Shown: positions 27,350 through 39,788 of the stretch, one piece after another
Numbering within the stretch: position 1 is the stretch's first letter
Layout of the letters: the number at the start of each line of letters is the position of its first letter
DNA from: Dimorphilus gyrociliatus
Lineage: Eukaryota; Animalia; Annelida
Length of the DNA stretch: 64,000 bases
Reading direction: 5' to 3'
Assembly (NCBI GenBank): GCA_904063045.1
Contig: CAJFCJ010000019.1
Coordinates: forward strand, 2,982,684-3,046,683
Translations under genes and position numbers: made by a program
The notes under the pieces: generated by a model
What the model was told of the DNA's origin: nothing
The model's input: the letters and a program-made list of their open reading frames with translations, nothing else
Databases searched by the model: none

Positions 27350-27496
27350 TACAAAAGCTGTCTGCTAATAAAAATATCTGCCAATAGGCGGCATTTCTGT
27401 GCCAATAACTCCGCCATTTTATGTATCGGCATTGAACTAAATTTTTTTAATTCAAAAGTGTTATCTTAGTGTATCGCGAGCATTTAACATTGAATC
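27350..27496. promoter_or_regulatory. Compact bidirectional promoter between ECD and RAC1
   Basis: Divergent start codons only ~148 bp apart. Two GCCAAT boxes and a YY1-like CCGCCATTTT (27411-27420). Confidence 0.65.
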
Positions 27497-28824
<1,328 letters not shown>

Positions 28825-29088
28825 ATGTCAAATGGCTGCTGGTACAGGATAAATCCTGTTCGATTTTTTATTTACTTTCTGCACATTTAAACATAATTAG
28901 CATAAATATATACCTTCGTTGACTTCAATTACGTAAGCTTTTTTATCAAATAAAAATTTTACAGTATCTAACCTACTACAGCTGAAAATTATTAGATTTT
29001 ATAATTTTGCAATTTATTATATTCACATCTCGACACAATTTTACAATCGCGATGAAATAAATACGAATTCATAAGATTTTGATAAACA

Positions 29089-32000
29089 TTAATTATGTAT
29101 CTTGATCGCCTTCTCCATGTATGAACTATACTTGGTTCTTTTCGCACTACTTGACCTATTAGGATGATCAATACCAATCCATGGTTTTGAGTTTCCAGAT
29201 ACGGCTCGAAAATTATCAATGTCAATCTTATTAGTAGATTCTGTTTGAATGTATACAGGTTTGTTTGACTGAATGAGTGCCAAACGAACATTATCAGAGT
29301 CAGAAATAACATCTGCTTTCTCTAAAACCTTAGAACGAATTTTCGACCAAAGTTCACCATCAGTAAGCTTAACGACAAAAGGTGAGGAATGAGTTGAAAA
29401 TGTATCTTTATGGAAGTGCGCACAGTAAACGAAAGCTTCGCTAGCAGTTAACTCCATTTCATCTTTAGGTATCGGTTCTACTCGAAGTATTTTATTTGTC
29501 GAAGCTCCAGTCGTTCCGACAGATTCAACTGCTGCAGTTAGTTCATGTACTGTAGTGATCCGATAAGCAAATATCTCGAGCAAACGAAGTTGTTGTTGAG
29601 CAATTTGTCTATCACTTTCGGGTACTGCTCGTCGCACTTCATCTAAAATATCTTTAACTGTACCTGATCTAAGAGGATAAATCGTTAGTGTGACACCAGA
29701 AGACGTCGGTATTGGCGTCCATAAAATTTGTAATTGGCGGCGAACTTCCAATTCTGTTACTTGTATAGCTAAAATGTCATAAAAGAGGTGGTGTGTTTTC
29801 TGCGGACTAATTAAATCTTTTAAAATTCCGTCAAAATTTCCTTTAACTGGATTTGCTGGGGAAAGTGTACAATTGTGAGCTCTGATTAATTGAACAGTTA
29901 ATGAATCTTCAACATTCAGGTGTTCGGCTACTGCTTTTACTATATCATGATATTTCATGCTAACAGTCAATTCGAGAATAAATCCATCCTCATTTGGCCT
30001 ATGTCTATATCGAAAGTGAACATCAATCTTTTCAGCTAAATATCGAAAATATGCTGGTGCATTTGGAAGATCCAAACCACTGATTATGTAAACACCATTG
30101 GCATTAACAGATCTTCTAGACTGTTGAGTTCGAACAGGTTTGCTAACAGCCTTTTCAAAAACCAAGATATCGCCGTCGATAAGTTCATCAAAAACTTTAT
30201 CAACAGGCAACCTGACATCATGAATCTGTTCTAATCTTGGCATACTGACTTCCTCGTACACTAACAAATCGCAATTTGCAGGCAAACCAGCTGCAGTTCT
30301 CATCACAGGCAAAATGTTTTCTAACGACTTGGCGATATTTAAATGCGCATGGCCCACGTAAGATAATGTGCGAGTGGTTCGATCATAGTACTTGAGCATA
30401 AATAAAACATCCCGTTCTTTGTTATAAGCGGGCAAGCAACGAAGGTGTGGCGGGGGTAATTCAACCCAAATAAGAAATGGACTGGAACTAGGTCCAGATT
30501 GATATGCCTGCTCGTGGTATACGTTTAGGATGGTCTTGTTTTTAGTGTCATCCCAATCTAGCAGCATAGGACGTAAGGATCCATTAGTTCGCGTTGCAAG
30601 AGGCCAAATTCGCATTTCATCCTTTCGATATTTTAGAGTTTGAGACAGCTGCGTTAGCATTTCAGCAAAAGTATCGTTCTTTTTTACTCTCATAACGATT
30701 GGCTTGACAGTGCTGGTATCAATAAGATCTGCTCCATGATGTAAACCTAAATGATGATCTGTTAGAACACGTACTGTTAAATATAAATGAGCCTCATTTC
30801 TTTCACGTCGCTTTTGAGTGTCAACTCTCTTTTCCTCGGTCAGTCGTTCAACAAGAACGTCGGGTATATCCTCTTCTCGAACATTTTTCAGTAAGGAAAG
30901 TATTTTTGAGCGACGCATATAGACTAGCATATAAGCATTCGTGCAATTACGAACGGGGGGAGAAGAATCATCGTCTTCACCAGGTGACCCACCAAAATTG
31001 TGGTCGATTGCTTCCTGCTTTGTGCAAGTAGATACTACGTCATCATCAAACTTGCACCATCTTTGTCCGTCTCCAGACGAATTTATATAAACCACATAAT
31101 GGCCACCATGAATATCTCCGGAGTGAACTAGTACCGCATGTAAAACATAAGTAGCGGGATCATCGTCATCAGATCGCTTTAGATAACTATCCAGATTTAT
31201 CTGTTCAAAAAATTCGAATCGATCGTTATCTTTCACCATACATTCAGCGGCAGGATCATAATGAAATCGTAATAACTGAAGGTGTAGTACAGGTGGTAGA
31301 GAAATAAAAGATACACCTTTTTCAGCCTCTTGCATGCCGTGTTCCCCTGCATCATACTTATTATCGCCATCAAGAGTCTCAACCGCTATATAATTTTTAA
31401 AAGACAGATGCAAGTCTTTCTGTCCTTTAACTCTCAACTGAATATCATAAAACGCTTCTTGTCTCTCTGACACGTAATCTATGTGTTTGCATTTGATATA
31501 TGACAACATTTTACCCTCGAAAAGGCGAGGTATTGTACCCTCTACACAGGTTCCTTTCATTTTGCTTTCCATATTATCCAATAGAACTCTGGATAGCTCT
31601 TGAACATCGTGTTGCATGAAAGAGTCTAAGGTTTCCCATCCAAAGGATTTGGTCAATTTTTTAGTACCTACCGCTTTATCTGATGTTTGCAGTTCATAGA
31701 AAACACGTTGTAGGGCTAGTGGAACACTTTTTGAAGGATCGTCAGAGTCTGTTGGCATCATATAAACAGCCTTCCGCAATTGATTTGTAAAAAATAGAGT
31801 TTGAAGTAAGGAATTCATGTAACATGTTGCACCTTGATTCTTCAAACCAACGAAACCTGTGTGTTTTTTGCTGTCCCAACAAACACCATGAGGAGCGTCT
31901 GCCCTGACCCATACTTCCAAAACAATGGCATCATCTTTTATGAAACCTTTATGAGGATCTATTAATTCATCCCACGCTATAAAATGGCTGAATCCCCAAT

Positions 32001-32548
32001 CATTTTCTTTACTATAAAACAAATGATGTATTTGACGTTTAACAGGCTCAATACTATCTCTTTGTGCTAATAATCGAAGTTCTGCACTAGCATGACAAGA
32101 CCACATTGTTGATTCAGAATCAGCATTACATTGTAGGAAAAACCCTAATGATTTATGTTTTTCTACAGCATGTGCAGAAACTCTTTGCATAGCCAAAATT
32201 TTCCAGGGAAGACCTCGTACCATACAAGGTTCACTCAAATGGCTATCACGTTCCTTCATTTTACTTACTCCGATTAGCTTGAACCGGAATGTTGCTTCTG
32301 CACGAACTTCATCATCTTCCATTTTTTCATCTTCCAAAATAGGAACTACAGCACTTGAAGATACCTTGTCGGAGAGTGAGTCAGGTTTATCTTCATCCGT
32401 TTTTGCCATGGTAATATCTCCACAACCTTTTGTTACAAGAGGATCTATTCAAAAAGAAAACACATCAGTTTTTATAAATTAATAGGTATTTAAATTTTTG
32501 AAAAAAACCTGTATCCATTGGCTCGACTTTATCATTGTTATTATTCAT
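29089..32548 (-). CDS. USP7: Ubiquitin-specific protease 7 (MATH + catalytic + UBL domains), 1131 aa. Coding exons 32548-32509 and 32444-29089
   Basis: GLKNQGATCYMNSLLQ Cys box, VLVHSGDIHGGHY His box, KFDDDVVS; conserved C-terminal YMEKAIKIHN. A 64-nt GT-AG intron (32445-32508) joins MNNNNDKVEPMDT in frame. Confidence 0.97.
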
Positions 32549-33556
32549 GTTCGAATTGGACAGTGCGACAACAGAAGATGGGTGTTTATTAGATTTCTGT
32601 TGTGACACTGTCACTTTGTGTTTGCTTGCAATTCGCCCAATGTCTGCTGAATTGTGCAATTTAAAAAAGCAGTGTAGAGGACGAGTTGAACGCTACTGTA
32701 GCGATCTCTCAAAACTTGTTAAGATTTACATCGACGACATTCGATCGAGTCTATCGAACAGAAAATTTCGATTAGTAATTTAATAAAAAAGAAACCAATA
32801 CTGTTTTCAGAATAAAAAGTTTAGCATAAATATTCTTCACAGAATAAATTGGAAGTCATTTTAACTAAAAAAAAAAATAACTTATGAAAAGAAAAGAGCA
32901 GTTATCCTACTAACTCTGCAAAAAATTCTGACTATTAATTATAATAAAACGTACCTGACGTATATGATCCCTTTCAGATAAGAAACAAAGATGATTTTTC
33001 CTCTTACAGTGAAGGCTCCGGCTAGATCAACATGGCCGCCACCGAAGAAACAACGTTATATGTTCGTATTTTTCACTTATTTTTGTTGCTTCACTCTGTT
33101 ATTGAACAACTATTAATATTGTATTAGACATTTATAATTGTTGAGTTAAGAAAATTACGAAACTTGATTATAAACTCTTTTAATTGCTATTTTGATTCTA
33201 TAAAACAAATATTATACAAATAATTTTCTTATTTCAGTTGCAAATCATGTAAAGGATTTAAATGAACTATAATTTTTGGCCATTTCTGCAGTATTTTATA
33301 ATAAATTAAAATATAGATTTCACTAACAATATCTAAATCAGTGAATTAAATATTAGTGTGGCATTTATTTTTAATTGTATCATTAACACTCAACATAAAA
33401 TACATTGAGTTTAACCGAAAAAACGTTATATAAAAACTAGCGTTTATTGATATATGAAGAAGCTACCTGTTTTCACCGCTAGCACTTCCTGTGTGTTAGA
33501 GAGCTGACGACAACGGTTACACGATTCAGAATAGTGGAATCTAATTCATATCAGAT

Positions 33557-34744
33557 ATGGCTAATGTAGTATTTCTGCACCCTGACCTGGGTATTGGTGG
33601 AGCTGAAAGAGCTATGATTGATGCTGCTTTGGCTTTGAAAGGACGAGGACACAATGTTCAATTCTTAACGTCTCATCACAGTACAACACATTGTTTTGAG
33701 GAAACTAGAGACGGTACTCTAAAAGTTACTGTTTCAGGAAATTGGTTACCAAGGTCTATTTGCGGACTCTGCTATGCTTTGTGTGCTTACTTGCGAATGA
33801 TGTGGGCTGCTCTTTATTTAATTATATCTGGTATAAAATTTGATGTTGTCATTTGTGACCAAGTTGCTACCTGTGTTCCACTTTTAAGATGGTTTACAAG
33901 AGCCAAAATTATATTTTATTGTCACTTCCCAGATCTTTTGTTAACAGAAAGAAAGACTACTCTGAAACGTATTTATCGTAAGCCTCTTGATTATTTAGAA
34001 GAATACGGAACTGGGAAAGCTCATGTTATCCTAGTCAATTCTCAATTTACAGCAGAAGTTTTTAAAAAGACATTTACTTCATTAAATGATGTATCTCCTG
34101 AAGTTGTCTATCCTATTCCCTCCTTTGAGGCTTTTGCTACAGATGTCAGTAATGTACAAATAGAGGATATTCCACAAAATATACGCATTTTGTTTCTCTC
34201 CATCAATCGCTACGAAAGAAAGAAAAATCTATCACTGGCATTACATGCCATGTCCAAATTAGAAAATCTAGATGGGGTTCACTTAGTCATGGCTGGTGGT
34301 TATGATGATCGAGTAAGAGAAAATGTCGAGTATTATGAAGAATTGTGGAGATTGAGAGAAAAACTGTCTTTAAAAGACCATGTCACTTTTTTGCGTTCAA
34401 TATCATTTGAACAAAAATCTGCTCTACTGCGAAAGGCAACTTGCTTAATATATACACCGTCGAATGAACATTTTGGGATTACTCCTTTGGAAGCAATGCT
34501 CTGTCAGACACCAGTTATAGCTGTTGCTTCTGGGGGACCTTTGGAAACTATTTCTCACAATGAAACGGGATACTTATCGAAGGAAGAACCCAATGAATTT
34601 GCTAAGTATATGAAAAAATTTGCAGAAAACCCTAAACTGGAAAAAACCATGGGAGAAGCTGGCGAAAGGCGAGTTAAGAGAAAATTTTCGTTTGAAGCAT
34701 ACTCAAATCAATTGGAGCATATAGTTCATGATCTTTTAAGATAA
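33557..34744 (+). CDS. ALG2: Alpha-1,3/1,6-mannosyltransferase ALG2, single exon
   Basis: VVFLHPDLGIGGAER, FYCHFPDLLLT, SINRYERKKN, YTPSNEHFGITPLEAM. Confidence 0.97.
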   Translation: MANVVFLHPDLGIGGAERAMIDAALALKGRGHNVQFLTSHHSTTHCFEETRDGTLKVTVSGNWLPRSICGLCYALCAYLRMMWAALYLIISGIKFDVVICDQVATCVPLLRWFTRAKIIFYCHFPDLLLTERKTTLKRIYRKPLDYLEEYGTGKAHVILVNSQFTAEVFKKTFTSLNDVSPEVVYPIPSFEAFATDVSNVQIEDIPQNIRILFLSINRYERKKNLSLALHAMSKLENLDGVHLVMAGGYDDRVRENVEYYEELWRLREKLSLKDHVTFLRSISFEQKSALLRKATCLIYTPSNEHFGITPLEAMLCQTPVIAVASGGPLETISHNETGYLSKEEPNEFAKYMKKFAENPKLEKTMGEAGERRVKRKFSFEAYSNQLEHIVHDLLR

Positions 34745-34816
34745 ACTGATAAACATTTATTCCAAAAATTATGTAACATTCAGAGAATATATTAGTGTCA
34801 AAAATTATAAATCAAA

Positions 34817-35243
34817 TCAGCTGAAGGTTGCGCCGCAATTTTCGCATCTCTTTTCCCTGCATAAGATGCAGCAAAGCAATCCAATCGGAAATAAAAAAAG
34901 TGCACATAATATCCCAAGACAAGTAAATTCGTCACTTAGGACCCCAACCTATTAAAAAATATTCTTTATTATGTTTAACATAATTTCAAAAACTTACTCT
35001 GCAAGCAGGACATCCTCCAACAATAACTATGTTTGGAGCAGGTTGTTGGATTACAGTGGTTGTGGTGGGAGGATACATGTAAGAGGGCTGCTGTTGAGCT
35101 GTTCCATTGAATCCTGGGGGCCCGGAGTATGGTCCTATTTCAAGAATCATTTAAACATTTTAAAAAATGTCAAATCTAATTTTACCAGTTGCAGTGGCAT
35201 ATGAAGGTGGCTTATCGTTTATCAATGGTCTGTTTTCTGCCAT
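34817..35243 (-). CDS. BRI3: Brain protein I3 homolog, 108 aa. Exons 35243-35186, 35134-34998, 34948-34817 (absent from ORF track)
   Basis: Hand-spliced protein [17 protein letters not shown]...[54 protein letters not shown] matches the BRI3 pattern. Both introns are GT-AG and in phase; total 327 nt. Confidence 0.95.
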
Positions 35244-35620
35244 TTTTCTGTTTCAATGTTTTCTGATCGGTAAATAAAATTTCAAGAACTTGATTGAGAC
35301 GGTGAAGCGGTTTAGGAACTTGTTCGCAGTATTTGCGTCGAAATAACTATAATCGTCTAACCATATACTCTCGTATCAGAAGTTCTTCGCGATCAAAACT
35401 CGAATCATGTGACAATGATAAACTTCCGTCGTGCGCAAAAAAATAATCTAGTTTATTTTATAAAAATTAAAATTAGACTGCGATCCTTTAAATCTAATAT
35501 TTTTATTAGAAATTAGATATATATGCAGATATATAAATATATTTAAAAATACGAAAACAACTTCTGTAACTTTCGTCGCTTGCTTGCGTCACGTGGTTTA
35601 CGAAACGTATTTTCCACATC

Positions 35621-36443
35621 ATGTCTTACAAGTCTGATGCTATGAATGATTGTCGAATTTATGTCGGTAATTTACCACCAGATATAAGAAGCCGAGATAT
35701 TGATGATCTCTTTTATAAATATGGCAAAATAAACTATATTGACTTGAAGAATCAGCGTGGTCCGCCATTTGCATTTGTAGAATTTGATGACTCCCGGTAT
35801 GTTTTCTTTTATGTTTTAAGATTGTTCTTGCATTTAATCATTTAGGGATGCCAAGGACGCAGTTCGGGGAAGAGATGGATATGACTTTGATGGATATGCG
35901 ATCCGAGTTGAATTCTCACGAGGTTCAAGAGACTCACGCGGTGGGGGAGGCGGCTATCGGTCAGGTGGTGGTCGAGGGTATGGAAGAGGGGGTGGAGGAA
36001 GGAGACCAGGAGGAGGAAGCGGAGGCGGTGGTGGAGGCGGCGGCGGCGGCGGCGGCGGAGGCGGTGGTGGTGGTGGTGGTCGAGGTGGACCTCGACGATC
36101 AGATTACCGCGTCGTCGTTACAGGTCTTCCACCAACAGGCTCATGGCAAGATTTAAAAGATCATATGCGGGAAGCAGGAGATATTTGTTTTGCTGATGTC
36201 TTCAAAGATTGCACAGGAATCGTAGAATTCCTACGACATGATGATATGAAATATGCTGTTAAAAAATTGGATGATTCCAAATTTAGATCCCATGAAGGCG
36301 AAACAGCATATATTCAAGTAAAGGAAGATAGTAGCCGCTCTGGAAAAGACTATCGTAGATCGCGCAGTCAAACCCCTGATCGCCGTGGTAGGGAAAGCCC
36401 AAGTTATTCACCAATGCGTCGTTCTCGATCGCCGAATTACTGA
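35621..36443 (+). CDS. SRSF1: SR splicing factor of the SRSF1/9 family (RRM, Gly linker, pseudo-RRM, short RS). Exons 35621-35796 and 35846-36443
   Basis: [36 protein letters not shown] pseudo-RRM, [15 protein letters not shown] tail. SRSF9 cannot be excluded by eye. Confidence 0.92.
36021..36080 (+). repeat. GGN codon run encoding 20 consecutive glycines in the SRSF1 inter-RRM linker
   Basis: GGA/GGC/GGT codons in frame with exon 2. Confidence 0.95.
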
Positions 36444-37820
36444 GACGAATGGCAAATGTGTATGTTTTTCTACATATGTAGCCTTAGTTATTCTCTCTTT
36501 TCTGATAAAAAAGTTTGCTTTTGTTGATATTTTACGTAGTAACTTTAACTCGGCGCTTGGGTAATAAACGGATTCATATTTTAAATGGCTATTTTAATTC
36601 CTGCAGGAACAAGGTAAATAAAATTCTAAGAGAGGATTGCTAGACGATAAACGGGACAACATTCCATAAAAGATGATGTTGCATTTAAAGAACATTGGAA
36701 TTTAAATAACTGGATAATGTTGTCCCTGATTTGACTGTATGAGGGGAGTGAACGTGAGGAGTCTAAGGAGGGACTGAAGTGGGAGGGAAAGATCTTGTCT
36801 CTAGTCTAACAGGATTAGGATGACCTCTCTATCTGTAGGATTTCTGCTAGGGAATTATAGGAACTAGGATATGGTGCGCTACTGAGAACTTAGTATGTAT
36901 ATTTCTTTCGTTTCGCAAACACATATTTGTTCTCACATTTACATGAACATCAAAAATCATATCTTTATTTAGCGTAAGTATAAATAATAAAATTATCTTC
37001 TGTAATTTTAAGACTGGAATCGACGGAACACCTGACTTTGCATGATATGATTTCAGCGATTTGTTGCAATGGTTTCCTAAATTTTGTAATGCAACAAGCG
37101 GCATATTGTATAACTCTCCCTAAATATATAGTAAAATCTCAATAATTCAGAAAACATGCTTGTTACTAACAAGTTAAAAAAAGAAACCTTAGTAATTATT
37201 TCATCCAATGTTATCGAGATTTTACTGTATAATTATCATGAAAGATAGATTTATGATGTATAGTATGTGTATCATATATTTTGTCCAATTCATATATTCT
37301 TCCTGTTTCCAAACGGACAAAAACTGGAATACTCTATATTAATCCTGACTAAGATTTAAATTTGTTCGAAGCAAATTGTTAGAGACGCTTGTTACTATCA
37401 TATGCCTTTACTTATTCAGCTGTATTTATAATCAGCTAGCCTTGAAGAAATCTCATGCAAGGACGCTTTTGCGGAGAATTGATTTTATATAACAAAACTT
37501 TTCAGATGAATGAACGAAATAGACATCAAACGAAGAGTTCATTAGGCTTGTCTGGCTATTTACAGACATATTTTTTTCTTGACTACATTCAAGAAATCTA
37601 GCAGAATGAAATATTAGGAGACCAACCATAAGGTTTGTAAATACCTCTAAAATCTTAATTTTATGAAAATACACCTCATTGATAACTATCAATACGTTTT
37701 CTGACTAAAATCAGTTGTTAAATATTATACAAACACTTCAATAAAGGCATATACCAAGTACTCGTGGTAGTATATTTAATATGGCACTTAATATTTCGAA
37801 CATATTTTATCTTTGGCACA

Positions 37821-38118
37821 TTACTTTTTTTTCTTCTTTTTCCCCTTCTTTGGAGCTTCAGGCCAGGCAAATCCCCGATACTCAAGAGCGTCTACAGCGT
37901 TGTGAGCACAATAATAAATCTGCGTTAAGGCATGCTCATTCATTTCCGCCGAAGGTAATTTGGCAGGAGCTGATTTTGGGGCAGCTCTTTTCTTGGCTGA
38001 TTTCTTGCCACTCTTTTTACCCGATTTTGTACTATGAGCTCTTTTAGTTTTTGCTGATTTCTTTGGCTATTGAAATGATGAAATCAAAAATATACCTTAA
38101 AATTTAAATACAAACCAT
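37821..38118 (-). CDS. SMKR1: Small lysine-rich protein 1 homolog, 82 aa. ATG-only first coding exon 38118-38116, 49-nt intron, exon 38066-37821 (absent from ORF track)
   Basis: M-PKKSAKTKRAHSTKSGKKSGKK...ALTQIYYCAHNAVDALEYRGFAWPEAPKKGKKKKKK* matches the SMKR1 YYxAHNxxDxLxxRGFxWPxAPK motif. ATG|GTTTG...CAATAG splice joins in phase 0. Confidence 0.85.
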
Positions 38119-38362
38119 ATTTGATATCGCTCTTAAGTTGATTAAATATAGTCTACTGTATGTTCATATGGCCATATTGATTGTCGTCAAGTAAATGGTT
38201 ATTGATCTCACGATTACTTTTAATATTTTCGTATTATACACTGCAGCTATTTAAAACATTGTTGAAGTGTTTTTGATAGTGTATTATCAACATTAATAAG
38301 CACTTCACTTAACAAGTTCAAAAGTTGCAAATTTTCGTGACATCTACAGTAACTATTCTTGA

Positions 38363-39578
38363 TTAATGCTTCCAGCCGACATCGTGCCCTCCAGCCATTT
38401 GAGGTTCTAGAAATCCTCTGAAGGATTTTCCATCATGGGTCCATCGAGCTCCATATCCATTTTCTTGTCGTACTTCACAGATGATAACATCATGCTAATA
38501 ATGTTAATAGAAAGAGTAATTTCAATTCGTCAGAATACAATTAAAAGTTACCGGAAGCCAGTGAATATTTATCCATGTTGAATTGTCTAGTATTTTTCCA
38601 AGTATTTTAAAGGCATGTTCGTTTTTATCAATCTCTCCTGAAAAAATTGACTGAATGAGTACAAAATGATAAGAATTTTAGGACACTTACTTCCTTTGCA
38701 TTTACCCCACCAGCCATCAGTTTCATCTCTATGGCAATGTTTTGCTAAAGCCCTTGCTCCTACAGTCAGAATAGACCCTGGGCTGAAAATCAAGCTGATG
38801 AAAGTAAAATTAAAAAATATTTTTCTAATTACTTATTGAGTTGTTGGAAAGTATCTTCTAGGAGTTTCCTTGGTGGTGGAAAAATGTCTTTACTCCCCAC
38901 TGTCTTTCTCACACCTAATAGATCCAAAATTCCACGTTTTCCTAATATCTAATAAAAGAAATTACAAAGGAAATAGGAATATTTCTCAAAAAATACCATT
39001 AGCATTTTCCTAACAGAAAAATTTTGTTCAGCTTTGGATGAATGATCCCAAAGTGTTTGAATTCCATCTAGCAAATCAGTAATTTTTTTGAAGTTGAATG
39101 ATCTTTCTTCCAAGTATTCTTTCTCATCCAATAAATCATAATTCGGCAGCTCCATAACTGGAGACTCTCTTTTTTAAAAATTAAAACAATTAATTTTTCA
39201 ACTCTTTAAAAAAATATATTTATATAAATCAAACTTTAACAGATTTTAAGTAAAATTTGCCAATGCAAATATAAACTAGCAAACTAAGAGTACAGTATAT
39301 TTACTTATTTTGAATCCATCTATCAAGCATTACACCTATTGTCTTATAAAGAGGTCTTGTTGGATAGCCGAAAATTCCTGATCTGGTAGTTTCTTCGGAA
39401 AATTCTTCAGATAATAACTCGTTAATATCTTCAGTGGGCAGGAATTTATCATTTCTCTTCAGTTCCTCCGATAAAACCTAGTGTTGAAATAGCTTCATAA
39501 TAAAGGCTACTTTATACTTTTATAAGTTTTATATCAAATGCTAACCTCTTTCACCATATCAACAAAGCTAGTCTCCAT
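38363..39578 (-). CDS. Uncharacterised multi-exon protein with C-terminal LTVGARALAKH...WINIH...GYGARW...FRGFLEP...GWKH domain
   Basis: Hand-spliced GT-AG exons give METSFVDMVKE-VLSEELKRND...-MELPNYDLL...-ILGKRGILDLLGVRKTVGSKDIFPPPRKLLEDTF...-PGSILTVGARALAKHCHRDETDGWWGKCKG-REIDKNEHAFKILGKILDNSTWINIHWLP-HDVIICEVRQENGYGARWTHDGKSFRGFLEPQMAGGHDVGWKH*. The acceptor near 39170 is uncertain. Confidence 0.85.
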
Positions 39579-39788
39579 TTTGTCTTTTGCTAAATTGCCG
39601 CAGAGTCGACTTATTATACTACCTAAAAGTGATGAAATTTAGATTTTTCTGGAAAATTACACAATATTCCTCATAGATTTGTAAAAAATGCGTTTGAGAT
39701 GAGTTTTTCTAAATCGGAAGGCGAACAAGAATTTCGCGATTTTAGGTAATTTCCTGAACTCTTACCAGTTTTTTGTGCAAATTTGGTT

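Noticed and set aside
36673-36729. C/D snoRNA or SECIS reading of the SRSF1 downstream hairpin
   Set aside because: The C-like box is imperfect (TGATGT) and CTGA lies outside the terminal stem. The ATGA-to-AAA spacing and pairing do not form a SECIS, and SRSF1 has no in-frame UGA.
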